IMG/VR virus record: IMGVR_UViG_3300029305_001437
Length of the DNA: 64,000 nt
Direction: 5' to 3' (one strand)
Origin: an uncultured virus (IMG/VR IMGVR_UViG_3300029305_001437)
Taxonomy: Duplodnaviria; Heunggongvirae; Uroviricota; Caudoviricetes
The translations under genes and the position numbers were made by a program. The notes under the pieces are model-generated. The model did no database searches. It saw only the letters and a program-made list of their open reading frames with translations, and was not told the origin of the DNA. Each line of letters starts with the position of its first letter. The stretch's first letter is position 1. Of this stretch, positions 32,673 to 44,147 are shown piece by piece.

Positions 32673-34873
32673 ATGAACATCGAACAGTTTATGGAGTATT
32701 TGCACCAGAATTTCACGATCGACCGGGCGACGAGTAGCTTGATCCGAAACATCCTCGATTATGCCCGGACTTTCGTTGCGGAGGACCAGCAATACGAGTT
32801 CTTATGCAAGACCCTGGATGGAACGATCGGCCTGTCTGACCGAGAAATCCGGATGATCTGTTTGTAAGGGGGGCTGAATATGGAAAGACAGTGGAGACTG
32901 GATGATGACCTGATAACGAAGGACAACCTGCTTGACGGCATCACCTTCGACGATGTGATCCTGGCACTGCACACGGAACGGGTGATCGACCCCGCTTCTG
33001 CTGAACGGGTTCTCAAAGAAACCTTGGAGATCCGCCTGCAGGATATGAGGCACCTTTTCCAGAACAACATCGACCTGATAATCGCCAAAGCGAAAGAGGG
33101 TCGAGCAGAGTACGAAGGCCAGGGAGGTGAATGATCGTGCTGAAACCCGGCATTTACCACGCCAGCAATGACGAGAGCATCTGGAACGCATACGATGTAA
33201 AGATGGAGGTCAAGGAAACCGATAAGTCGTACATCTTCGAGCTGGTCAGTTTGGAGAGCCACTATGCGGCTGACCACATCAAGATGCTTTTCAAGAAGTC
33301 CAACCGCTTCGTTCTCCGGAAGGATCAGGGCGGTCACGCAATGCGGGTATGGGACGATACGCACTTCACGATCTACCCGTTCCAGGCCGGCATCCCGTAC
33401 TATTTCAAGATGGAGCCTGAAACAGACCGGTTCAAAAAGCTCTGCGATGATTTCAGCAAACGGAGACCCGTCGGAAAGCCTACCGGCAGATGTTTTTGGT
33501 TCACCACGGAGTTCACGAGCGGATCTCAGTCGCTCAACGACCTGCTCCGAAAGTATTTGATCGACCGTGGCTTCCAGTATTTGAATACCCTGAACGGTGA
33601 TGTATGGTTTCTGTTCCAGGGTGAATGGAGAATGTGCGAGTTCAAGTGTGATGGCAACAAAGTTGATGTCTATATGCTTGAGTTCGATCTCGGTTAGGAG
33701 GCAATATGAAAATTGCGTACAGACACAGCAGTACACCCGAAGCGGTGAAGATCCACGACACAGAAAAGTCACTGAAAGGCTGCGAAGGCTTTATCCGGTC
33801 GCTGGGTGGAGATCCCAAACAGGAAGACTGGGATAAGCGAGAGCTTGAGCGATTCCTAAGTGATGTAGCGAAGGGTGTTATCCTTGATTACTGGATTGTA
33901 GAAGGTGTGTACAGACCTGACTTGTCCCACCTGTGGAAGGAGTGCGAGGATGAAACATCCGTGTCTTGAATGTGGGCTCCGGTACAGTAGCTACTGTATG
34001 GGGTGCGAGAATAAGCCCTTCGGCATCGGACAGATACCGATCATAGAGCCTGCTCCCCGGAAGAATAAACGCAAAGATGCAAATAAGAATGGTCAAACTT
34101 GCACTTTTGCTGAGAAAGATTGTAAGTATAGTTAGAATAAAGAGGTAATGAAATGGCAAGAGGTCGTCAACAAAGATGGGTCTGTATGGACTGCAAGGGT
34201 GAGTTTTCGGTTCAAGGAAATACTCCCCGGCTTTGCTGTTCCTGCGGATCTGGCAATATTGGCAGAGCACCCAGCTATGAGCTTGCCGTTAATTTTGCGG
34301 AGAAACGAAAAGAACTGGGTGCCATCTGCCTGGAGCTGAACCCGGCCTACGAAAAGGCTATGGGATTGAAAGAGCAGTACGACAAGGTGATGGCGTACTG
34401 GAAGCAGCAGAGGAGTCGTGGATACATCACGGCAGAAGAATACGATGTCCTGGCATCCTGTTTTGTCGGATACAAGTCGAAAGATCGGCAGTAACACCCG
34501 AATACAGCGATTTCCACGGATCGTAGCAATACCTATATCATTCGGTAAATTTCCAGCGGCATAGGAGCTGGATTTTTATAGCAGACCAGTTACCAAACGG
34601 ATATGCTGGCAGAACACAACGGAAAGGTGGAAGCGATTGAACTATTACGAGATCTATTTGAGAGAAACCGGGAAGCTGGTGGCCAAGGGCACCGCACGGG
34701 AGTGCAGAAAGCAGCTTGGATGCTCCAGCCTTGACAGTTTCTATGCACTCGTCAACCGATCCATCCGAGGGATCAACAAGAAGTACCACGCAATTAAGAA
34801 AAAAGGTGGGGAAACGGACTACCCGGTACTGGGAGCCAATGACCCGATCCACAAACTCAAGGGAGGAACCTGA
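32673..34873 (+). other. Short hypothetical ORFs (32673-32867, 32880-33134, 33131-33697, 33706-33969, 34153-34494, 34637-34873)
   Basis: Operon-like packing. Confidence 0.7.
34498..34560 (+). repeat. Dispersed intergenic element, family A
   Basis: CCGAATACAGCGATTTCCACGGATCGTAGCAATACCTATATCATTCGG. Confidence 0.75.
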
Positions 34874-34874
34874 A

Positions 34875-35348
34875 ATGATTATGTACGATAAGATCAACCC
34901 CGAGCTCGAAGTGATGTTGGACGAAAATGCGTTCGTGCCCAACCGTGCCCACGCACCCGACGCTGGTATGGACATTTTTTCGCCTGTTGATGTGGACATC
35001 CCGGCCCACGGAAGTGCCGAGGTCAGCACCGGCGTTCACATCAACCTGCCTGTCATCGAAATCGGTGGCGTGTTTATGTATACTGCCGGCCTGCTGAAAA
35101 GCAAGAGCGGACTGAATTTCAAGAACGACATCACAGGCGAGGGCGTCGTGGATGTGGACTACACCGGCAGCATCCGGATCAAGCTGTACAACAACGGCGA
35201 TAAGGACTACCACATCAACCGGGGTGATAAGATCACCCAGCTCCTCATTGTACCTGTCCTGACACCTAACCCGAAGGTAGTAGACCAGTTCACAGGCGTC
35301 AATCCGAACGGTCGTGGAGACGGCGGCTTCGGAAGCACCGGTCGATAA
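34875..35348 (+). CDS. dut: Trimeric dUTPase
   Basis: AGMD, KSG, GVVDVDYTG, KITQL and RGDGGFGSTG motifs. Confidence 0.95.
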   Translation: MIMYDKINPELEVMLDENAFVPNRAHAPDAGMDIFSPVDVDIPAHGSAEVSTGVHINLPVIEIGGVFMYTAGLLKSKSGLNFKNDITGEGVVDVDYTGSIRIKLYNNGDKDYHINRGDKITQLLIVPVLTPNPKVVDQFTGVNPNGRGDGGFGSTGR

Positions 35349-35359
35349 GGAGGAGCGAT

Positions 35360-38300
35360 ATGCCGAGACACAGCTATACCTATCCTGAGCGGATGATAAA
35401 GACCGATGAAGGCAAGGCTGTGTATGCCATCTGGAGGCGTGTACGGCACAATGCCTGCGATGCGTTCCAGGCGTACCCGGACTTCTTTGAATGGGCTGTC
35501 GGGAGCGGGTATGTGCTTGGTGCTCGGCTCCGCAGACTCGATGAAACCATAGAATATCGCCCGGACAACTGTTCGTTCTTGCCGAGCTTCGAGGGAAGAA
35601 AGCCACTGACACTCGATGAGCGGGTCCGGGCGAATGAGTGGAACAAGACGGTGAACAAGATCCGCAGAGCATACGGAATGAAGCCGTTTGAAACCTTTAC
35701 CGATGAGGAGGTCAGACAAGTTGGCTAAGCAAAGATTTAGGAATACCGATATTCCTTATGCACAGCGGATGCTGATGCAGAAATGCCAGACTATCGCAGA
35801 ACATCGTGATGACGCTGCCAAGGTTGCCCTGCAAGTCGCCTGTGTCGCCCTGAACGACACAGAAGGCTTGGGCTATCAGCGGTTGTCCAAGTTCGCAAAA
35901 CGGCTGCAGGAGCTGTTGCACGAATACTACGCAGATCCTGAAGTGGGAGAGGCTCACCTGCATCAGCGACTGGAGCAGTTGGGCTTCAAGATCGTCAATG
36001 GGCGGATGTTTGCGGTCGAGGATGCCGAGGGAAACATCGTCCCCACAAAGATGCTCGGCAAGGATCCCGGCAATGTGTAGCAAGTGTCTGTGCCAGTTCT
36101 GTGCGTACAACTGCGAGTTGCATCCGATGTATACGACCCCGAGGGAGGTTGACCACTGCTGCTTCACCTGCGATGAGTGCAGGCACTACGACGGAGACAC
36201 CCAGAAGCGGAGCCAATGGAGGACAGAATGTCCGAAATATCGGGAGGCAGCCAAACGAGCTGAACACCGTGCGAATATAGCAAGATCGAAGCTGACGGTG
36301 GTAGGAGGTAAGAAATGAGCGTAAAAAAGGAAGCAAAAAGCTGTTATAATTGCCGCTATTTCGCAAAGCTGGAGAAGCCCTACGAAAGATCCGACGGTGC
36401 CGTGATCTATGGATACTGCTTCGTGAAAGGCGATAAAGACTATTCCCCGAATATGGGAAAGGGGCTTGCGGTGTTCATTGACGGCGGCTGCTGCGATGAA
36501 CACAAAGGCCCGAAGAAAGAAAAGGAGGATGGTTCTTATGACCCCGTTAGAAGCATGGAGCGTTATCTCACGGAACTTGGCAAAACTGTATAGCCTGTGC
36601 CGAACACCTCACTGCAAAGGCTATGTCCCGACGGATACTGAAGCTGAGGTAATCGCATTTAAGGCATTACAGGAAATGCAGGAGCGGCAGTACCCGAAAC
36701 CGTTGACGGTGGATCAGTTGAAAGAAATGGTTGACGAACCTGTATGGGTGCAGCCTCCTGAAATGCCCGAGCATGGTAGATGGGGCATTGTCGAAAGTGC
36801 CGGCGAATATGACGGCGACAAGGTGCTTTGGCTCCATAACGACTATACCTGCCACTACCTTGGAAAGTCCTGGGTGGCATACAAACATAAACCGAAGGAG
36901 GTCAACGATGTTTGAGGTTATTCACGAACCCACCGGAAAGATATTCACGGTGTACGAAGTTCACGGGGATATGTTCCTGATATACGGAATGGTAGAAAGT
37001 GATGATGCTCTTTGCTGGAGATCTGTCCCTATGGAGGACTGCGTACCGATCGGAGGTGAGCGAGGATGCACAACGAGGGCTCGGTGATCCAACTGTCGCC
37101 CCGGCAGGCGGCGTTGGCACTGATCTACACCTTGCTCGATGAGAACCTGACACCGGAACAGCGTGAGCGGATCCGGATCGGCTGGAACGAATATGCAAGG
37201 AGGCACAACAATGCCAGAAAATGAAAAGATCCTGTGCTCGGACAGTAGTTGCCGGTTTAATGTCGGCGGCGGATATTACGGTGTTTGCCATCACCCGGCT
37301 CAGCTTGCACCGCACTACACCGGCGGCATTGACCGCCTGTACAGAAGCTCCTGCAAGGCACGGGAGCCCAGAAGCTCCAAGGTAGTGGTTATGGGTGGGA
37401 TGCGAGGCGGTGGAAAGACTGCTATGATCGAAGCCATCGAGAAGGCGTTTAAGGAGGCGGAGTATGATCGAACTAAGACTGACTGAAGAACAGGCGAACA
37501 TCGTTTCGTCTGCTTGCGAGTTTTACGCAAGGATCCTGATGGGACAGTTTCAAGAAATCCCAAGGATTTGCCCCGGCACTCAACTGCTTTGCAACCACAA
37601 GGAGATACAGGATGCGTGGCTGAACCTGCGTAGCTATATCTACCACGATTTGGGTGGACCTGGTCATAGTTACGGGATCGGAAAATTTCCGCAGGCAGAT
37701 AAGGCATACGATGTCCATCAGGTTATCCGATATACTATGGGCGGAAAGGAACCGTTTAGTTATTACCAGCTCCCGAAGTGCAGAAAGGTGGCAGATACCA
37801 ATGATTGAAAAGACTGGCGACCTGATAGAACGGGACTGGCTGCTCGGAGAAATCGAACATGACCTGAAATGCTTTGAGATCGACGGCAAGAAACCGGGAA
37901 TATTGCTGGCCAACCTTTCGCAGATCGTAAAGATGATCGTGTCAGCTCCGAAGGTGCCGGCTATTCGCATCCCGTGCGTAGAAGGTGACGCTGTTTGGAT
38001 GATCCGGAGCTACCACGGCATCAAGCATCCTCAACAAGGAGTTGTGTCCGAACTGATGGTTACTCGGGATCTACGCCTTATGATTACCGTCAAGCACATC
38101 GGCAGAGGAGAATGGGGCAAAGAGATCTTCCGTACATACCAGGAAGCAGATGATGCAATCCGAAAACAGAACACAATTTTCAGGGAGGACTGAACATGAG
38201 ATGGAAACAAGGTGACCGCTTTTCCTACATCCGTATGTGCGGAGGGTGGGGAAACGGAACGGTTCTTGAAGTTAAAGAAGATAGAATTGTTGGGAGACTT

Positions 38301-38863
38301 GATTGTCAAAAAGAGGGAGAAACCTACCAATTCCACGCTTCTGACCCGTATTTCGTCAAAGGGGAAATGAAGAATCCAACCAACCGCTTTTGAGAGGGAA
38401 GGAGGGCGAAAGCGAATGTTAGAAAAATGCCCGTTCCGAAAAGGCGATATTCTCAGGAATGATTGGGCCGGGGACGAAAGCCCGATCAAATACACGATGT
38501 TTGTCGGGTGCGGTACGATCAAACAGGGGCGGTTCACAACCAAATCCTATGACTGCATCGCCTACAATGGTGCGAAAGTCCAGCATTTGCGACACGACCA
38601 CCGCCTTGTAAAGGTTGGCCATATCGACGAGTTCGATGCGTTTATGAGTGTACTGAAAAAACTGAAAGGATGGGACGGGAATGAAAGTCAAGACGAAAAG
38701 GCCGGCGGGTAAAGCCAAGCGTGTTTACCGCCGCAAATGCGGTGTATGCGGGTTCGTCCACGAGCAGTCCAAGATGATCCGAACGGATCTGTCGCCGAAT
38801 GGTTGGATCTGTCGGCATTGCTGGCAAGAAAACAACGATCCTGAATGGGAGGAAGAAGTATGA
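35360..38863 (+). other. Run of short hypothetical ORFs, many Cys-rich (35360-35728, 35721-36080, 36074-36318, 36315-36593, 36538-36915, 36908-37087, 37211-37486, 37464-37808, 37802-38193, 38196-38393, 38416-38712, 38681-38863)
   Basis: Overlapping start and stop codons with RBS. Confidence 0.7.
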
Positions 38864-39546
38864 AATCTGTTTTGATTAGCATCCAGCCGTACTGGGTGTT
38901 TTTAATCATCGCAAAAGCGATGGGTTGGAAGGTTGACAAAGAAAAGACAATCGAGGTCAGGAAGAACCTGCCCAAGGATGCGAACTGGGATAAGACTGTC
39001 AAAATATATTGCAGCAAAGACAAGCGGTCCTTTTCACTGATACCGAAAGAGTATCAGCCTGCAATGAGGGAGCTCCTTGGCAAAGTCGTTGGCGAATTTG
39101 TATGCCCCCTTATTGACAGATATGAGTTCGACTGGTGTGACCATCCTGAGCTCGGGATCTCCGGAGATGGAGGGGATAATTGGTATTGCATCGACGATGA
39201 TGATCTGAAAAAGACCTGCATCCCTGAGATCGACTTTTACGCATACGGCAGCAGAGAGGATCTGTACGGGTGGCACATTGCTGATTTGAAGATCTACGAC
39301 GACCCGAAACCGTTGTGGATGTTTATGAAGTGCGGTGCCCCGTCAGAAAAGGAACTCGACGAGGAGCTTTGCAGCTACTGTGAGCAAACGGAATGGGGAG
39401 AAAGAAGATCCTACGGAACTCCGACCGGCCCCGTTATGTGCGAGGGAGCTTTCTGTGGTCAGGCATACGATCTGTATCTGGACGAACATTTTACCCTCAA
39501 GAGACCGCCCCAGAGCTGGTGCTATGTGGAGGAAGTGAAATTATGA
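38860..39546 (+). CDS. ASCH/PUA-like domain protein
   Basis: KSVLISIQP...KTIEVRK...GKVVGEF...YGWHI...RPPQSWCYV. Confidence 0.75.
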   Translation: MKSVLISIQPYWVFLIIAKAMGWKVDKEKTIEVRKNLPKDANWDKTVKIYCSKDKRSFSLIPKEYQPAMRELLGKVVGEFVCPLIDRYEFDWCDHPELGISGDGGDNWYCIDDDDLKKTCIPEIDFYAYGSREDLYGWHIADLKIYDDPKPLWMFMKCGAPSEKELDEELCSYCEQTEWGERRSYGTPTGPVMCEGAFCGQAYDLYLDEHFTLKRPPQSWCYVEEVKL

Positions 39547-40633
39547 CATATACAGAAAAGACTGCGGTTGACGCCAAGGAAGAACTGCCACGGCTTTTTG
39601 GAGAGTTCGCTGATGGGACATACAGCAGTAATGGAACAATCATTGATGGCACCAGGGTTGATGATGTCGTGGATCACCTTGTTTCCAACGGAGTAAGGAT
39701 ACCGGTGCTATGTAAAGAATGTGTCTACCGGTTTGAGCGGACGAACTGCCGAGGTCGAGGCCCTGATTTCTTCTGTGCTGACGGAAAGAAACGAAAGGGG
39801 TGTTTGCGATGATTGACAGAAAGAGATGCTGCTGTAACTGTGGCAACTGTGAGCGGATCGACAAGGGAACATACAAAGAAAACCGATGTACCATCGACGG
39901 GCGGTACATCGGATACATCGAAACTTTTGAGAGATGGTGCAAGCATTGGTGCAAAGACCACACATTTGATGAGATGGAGGCTCCGAAATGAAAGCGTGGA
40001 TCGTAAGAGAAAAGGATGAATTTAGTGCCGCCGTCGTTTTTGCGGAAACGAGAGGTCAGGCAAAGTATCTGGCGAGGCTCACAGATGCCTGCGAAGATGT
40101 TCCGTACACCAGGATCGAGGCAATTCGCATCCCGTCGGTGGACAAGTATTACAAAGAGGGTATGACTTGGCTTGACTGGCGAGACCAGAAAGACCGGCTG
40201 ATTATGGTCAAGGAGTGCGGATTTACCTGCGACCACGACTCGTTCTACGCCGGCCTGGAAGACTGCCACGAATGTCAGTCGAGAGAGTATTGCGATATGT
40301 ACCAATGTCGATTTGGAGAAGATAAGGAGGATCTCGATGGAGAAGACAGCGTGGCTGATCGTGAGCACCGGGCAGGAACCGGTTCCCGTCCCTGCTGATG
40401 GCAAACTTGTAATTGACGCTGCGTCAGTCCTGCTTGCAAGGGTAGGCGACCCTGTATTTGTGGCAGGAGGCCGGTACAGAGCCGGCAGGATCGAATACTG
40501 GATTAACGCAGGGAAATTCAGGCTTTCGGATGCCGGCAAGATCGGCGACACCATTTTCTTCAATGTAGAAGATGCCGAAAGGCGGATTGCAGAGTGGAAG
40601 GAGCGTAACTATGACCCCACATACGACAAATGA
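39543..40633 (+). other. Short hypothetical ORFs (39543-39812, 39800-39991, 39988-40398, 40337-40633)
   Basis: Operon-like packing. Confidence 0.65.
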
Positions 40634-40874
40634 ACCTCGTAATGAACCTTGCGACGATTGCTTGCGTTGGAGCGAGTGCAACGGAGTCGATAAAGATTAC
40701 TGCCCGATGACCGCAGAGGAGGGCGAGAAGAATGAATAACACGCTCACCTACTTCTGGAAGAAGATCGGCAAGCTCAAGATCCGGTTTCAGGGCAATCAG
40801 GCAGCGACCCTCAGGTTTACTCCGTCAAAGGAAGCCATCCAAGAAGGTCTTGCAAGGGCTCAGGGATGCCACAA

Positions 40875-40950
40875 AGGGCGGGGGAACGGTAAAGACAACA
40901 CCTAACCCACCTCGGGCGGAAAAACCCGCCCTACAAGCGGCAAATTGATT
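40875..40950 (+). repeat. Dispersed intergenic element, family B
   Basis: GGGGAACGG...ACCTCGGGCGGAAAAACCCGCC...GCGGCAAAT, shared with the 7455 copy. Confidence 0.6.
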
Positions 40951-41047
40951 TCACGGCATTTTCAGGCTTCACTTCTTAGACCAGATGCGATATACTAAAG
41001 GCGGCTGTTCTTAAAAAAGCAGTCGCCTTTGCCATAGGAGGATCGAA

Positions 41048-41464
41048 ATGGAGAAAAACTACGACGCAGAGTACAGGCGGTTGTCCCAGAAGGGGCAGGG
41101 GTTTATGAGGACTGGAAACCTGCACCTGTACTCTGCAACTCTGAAACAGATGTCAAACATCCTGCTGGAGGAGAACAAAAGGATCGACGAGATCAAGGTG
41201 CTGATGCTGGCGTTCTATATTGACCTCAGCGGTATCGGTGTAGGGCCGTACATAGACACGATCTTCGCCGAAAAGATGCGGAAAGCTCTGGTAGATACGC
41301 AGATGGATCTGTACCAGTTCAGGGAACTGTATCTGGATACGATCAGGGCTGATGTGACCCCGAGGCACACGATGAAAGTCAGCGATACCCTGTATCTGTT
41401 GGAAAAGCTCCTGACCGGCAGAGGGGATGTTGTCGCAGAGATCCTCAGCAAGATTGACCTGTGA
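41048..41464 (+). CDS. Hypothetical helical protein
   Basis: AGGAGG RBS. Confidence 0.7.
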   Translation: MEKNYDAEYRRLSQKGQGFMRTGNLHLYSATLKQMSNILLEENKRIDEIKVLMLAFYIDLSGIGVGPYIDTIFAEKMRKALVDTQMDLYQFRELYLDTIRADVTPRHTMKVSDTLYLLEKLLTGRGDVVAEILSKIDL

Positions 41465-41606
41465 TGTAGAATAGAATGTGCGGGAACAAAAGCGTGGCTA
41501 AGCCACTGATGCTCGCACGGGAGCCGTAACAGCTCCGCAACCGTGATCGTTTTGATTTTGAAGTTATTACCTCCGGTGTATGAGTATCGACATAAACCGA
41601 AGGAGA

Positions 41607-41861
41607 ATGACTATGAACAGAAATCTGAATAATGCAATCTTTGAGCTTGGCAAGGCGGATGCCCTGATGCACTCCATAGAGAGCCTGTACCTGGACTTCG
41701 AGTTCCTTCCGGAAGAAAAGGAGAAAGCGGAAAGGGGAGCCTATGTGTTTTACGCATTGTGGGATGCGGTGAAGAAAGCGGCAGACAGCATTGAAGAATA
41801 CTGCGGGGACTGCCGTGTCGTTGATGTCCTTGAGGCCGTAGAGAAGCTGCGGAACAAATGA
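41607..41861 (+). CDS. Hypothetical protein
   Basis: AAGGAG RBS; start could be 41607 or 41613. Confidence 0.65.
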   Translation: MTMNRNLNNAIFELGKADALMHSIESLYLDFEFLPEEKEKAERGAYVFYALWDAVKKAADSIEEYCGDCRVVDVLEAVEKLRNK

Positions 41862-41891
41862 ACCTTGAAAATCAAAGAGTGACTACGAACT

Positions 41892-41926
41892 ATGCCGGGG
41901 ATCTGTATGGGATCCTCGGCATTTTT
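41892..41926 (+). terminator. Intrinsic terminator
   Basis: ATGCCGGGGATC...GATCCTCGGCAT-TTTT. Confidence 0.8.
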
Positions 41927-41937
41927 GATATATGGGC

Positions 41938-41966
41938 TTGAAAATCCGGAGGTGAAGCGGTATAAT
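41938..41966 (+). promoter_or_regulatory. Near-consensus sigmaA promoter firing into a non-coding region
   Basis: TTGAAA-17-TATAAT. Confidence 0.7.
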
Positions 41967-42234
41967 CACGGAAAAAGCCGAGTGTATGGATTGCATAAAG
42001 GATGAATATCCTATAAGCCGTACACTTTGGTGATGCGATGTATATAGGTTAAAGGATGTCCAAAACCGGGCAAAGTGGAGGAAAACCCCTTGAAAACAGG
42101 CACTTTTCGCTTTCGGCTCCCAGTTCAAGGACGACCGAAAATGTCAGTTTTGCGAAATCTTTAATACCCTCATTACCCGATGTGTATAAAACCGGCTGAA
42201 AAGTGTATACAAATTCAGGTGAATATCGACGAAT

Positions 42235-42277
42235 AAACGCCCAGGACTATGCAAAGCCCTGGGCGTCTGTTATTTTT
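42235..42277. terminator. Hairpin at the integrase 3' end, possibly bidirectional
   Basis: ACGCCCAGG...CCTGGGCGT followed by TTATTTTTT. Confidence 0.65.
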
Positions 42278-43991
42278 TGTAGGTGAATGAGTGCCTAATG
42301 CCGTTTTTGAATACGATCGCCGTGATCTTGCCGTCCGTAGCCTCGATGCTTTCGATGACGCTCTTGATGAAGCTCCTGGGGATGCTGGGATCTATTTGGC
42401 GGATGTATTTCTCATAGTCGACATAGGTGTCCTCCAACAGCTTGGAGACCATAATGAAATAGCTTGCCTTTTCGATGAACTCGTCGTCGGCAAGTGGGCC
42501 GTAGTTGTCCTCGTCCTCTTTGAACTCGCTCAGTTTCTGGTCGATCTCGTCGATGGCAGATAAGATCCGTTGCCGCTCGACGATGTAGTCCTTCTCGGCA
42601 AGGTTGCCTTCGCCGTACAGATAGAGCGACTTGAGCCGGTTCATCGCTACCTCGTGCTTCCGCTTCCGGGATAGCAGAGCATCCCGTTCGTTGACCGACT
42701 CGGATGTCTTGCTGAAGACGCCTGCAGGTCGATACTCCAGACCTGACACGCCGGTGAGCAGGAGGTCGTGCATTTGCTGCAGACCATCAGGGCAGATAGC
42801 TTCGACTTCGGAGAAGATCTCGCCACGGAGCAGCTTCTTCTCCAGACCCACAAGACCAGTCCGCTTTGTAACGGAGTCTTTGGCACGAATGATGTTCGCA
42901 ATGTAGTTGAACACGAATGGACCGACGACGATGTCGGAGATATACTTGTTTCGGCAGTCGATGTTACTGCTCCGTCGCCTGTTACAGCCGTAGATCGAAG
43001 GCCGCCAACCGTCTGCCCGGACACGGTCGAGCGTAGCACTCATATTGGAGCCGCAGCTTCCGCACCGGACGATGCCGGCGAAAATGTGGGTATTCTTCCG
43101 GACATAGCTTGTACCCTCGGCAACGCCACCACGCCTGTTCCGTTTCAGCAGGAACTGGATGCGGTCGAAAAGGACATCGTCAATGATGGGAGGATGGTGA
43201 TCCTCGTAGGTGATCCACTCGGACGCATCCCTGGCCTTGTACCCGCCGTCGCCTTGCTGTGTAACATTGTACCGGTAGTGCCCGATGTAAAATGGGTTCT
43301 TCAGGACTTTGCTGACAGAAGTGGGAGTCCAAGGCTTTCCGGAGCGGGTGAAGATCTCGTGCTCGTTCATGTACCGGGCAACATAGAGAAGGGACTGCTC
43401 CCGCTCGTATAGCTCGTAGATCCTGCGGACCACCTTAGCCTCGACGGAATCTGGCTCGAACACCTTGGTCAGCTTGTCGTATTTGTATCCGTATGGGATG
43501 CGTCCACCGTTCCATTGACCGTTCTCTGCACGGGACAGCATAACGGAGGTGACACGCTCACCGGTCATCTTCCGCTCCAGCTCCGCAAAAACGAGGATGA
43601 TCTTCTGCATTGCCTCGCCGATCGCTGTGCTGGTGTCCAGCTGCTCGTTCTTTGAAACGAAGGTAACGCCGAGACGCTTGAGCTCCTCGTACATACCGGC
43701 AAAGTCGAGAAGGTTTCTGCTGATGCGGTCGATCTTCCAGACCAGCAGGTGTGAGAACTCACCGGAACGCAATCGCTCCATCATCTCCTGATAGTCCGGG
43801 CGATCGGTGTTCTTTGCAGAGTAGCCTGCGTCCTCGAATACGAAATAGTCCTGGATACCAAGAACCATCTGTGCGTAGGCGATCAGCTCCCGCTTCTGTA
43901 CCTGAAGGGAGTCTTTGTCCACCTGCCAGTGGGTTGAAACACGAATGTAAATGGCAACCTTGAGTGCCCGTAATTTCTCAAGTACGCTCAA
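42270..43991 (-). CDS. Large serine recombinase (integrase)
   Basis: YIRVST...DAGYSA...RP...KIDRISRN resolvase domain, recombinase domain, CGSCG zinc ribbon and coiled coil; TTG start 8 nt after AAGGAGG. Confidence 0.95.
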   Translation of the reverse strand: MSVLEKLRALKVAIYIRVSTHWQVDKDSLQVQKRELIAYAQMVLGIQDYFVFEDAGYSAKNTDRPDYQEMMERLRSGEFSHLLVWKIDRISRNLLDFAGMYEELKRLGVTFVSKNEQLDTSTAIGEAMQKIILVFAELERKMTGERVTSVMLSRAENGQWNGGRIPYGYKYDKLTKVFEPDSVEAKVVRRIYELYEREQSLLYVARYMNEHEIFTRSGKPWTPTSVSKVLKNPFYIGHYRYNVTQQGDGGYKARDASEWITYEDHHPPIIDDVLFDRIQFLLKRNRRGGVAEGTSYVRKNTHIFAGIVRCGSCGSNMSATLDRVRADGWRPSIYGCNRRRSSNIDCRNKYISDIVVGPFVFNYIANIIRAKDSVTKRTGLVGLEKKLLRGEIFSEVEAICPDGLQQMHDLLLTGVSGLEYRPAGVFSKTSESVNERDALLSRKRKHEVAMNRLKSLYLYGEGNLAEKDYIVERQRILSAIDEIDQKLSEFKEDEDNYGPLADDEFIEKASYFIMVSKLLEDTYVDYEKYIRQIDPSIPRSFIKSVIESIEATDGKITAIVFKNGIRHSFTYKK

Positions 43992-44016
43992 TGGTAGTGC
44001 CTCCTTGCTTTTGATA

Positions 44017-44104
44017 GGATATTCCACGGAAATTCCACCGGACAATCCGTGGATTTTCCTGCCTTAACCGTAACCGTAACCTAACCGTAACCGTAATCAT
44101 ACCG
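44017..44104. repeat. Putative replication origin: four GGA-N3-TCC iterons plus TAACCG tandem repeats
   Basis: GGATATTCC, GGAAATTCC, GGACAATCC and GGATTTTCC at 11/12/11-bp spacing, then about six TAACC(G) units. Confidence 0.65.
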
Positions 44105-44147
44105 CACCATAAAGAAAAGGGGCATCGCAGAGGCGATACCCCTGATT

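Noticed and set aside
41474..41540. Hairpin cluster as a tRNA or riboswitch
   Set aside because: Small stems are present, but there is no cloverleaf, T-loop or recognisable aptamer consensus; I identified no tRNA or rRNA anywhere in the window
42056..42199. 47-codon ORF downstream of the 41938 promoter
   Set aside because: No properly spaced RBS and no recognisable protein features
43992..44045. Integrase N-terminal extension given by the ORF track
   Set aside because: An AAGGAGG RBS supports TTG at 43991; the extension runs through the iteron block
44065..44104. TAACCG repeats as telomere-like or contaminant sequence
   Set aside because: Only about six units, internal to a coherent phage locus and adjacent to phased iterons
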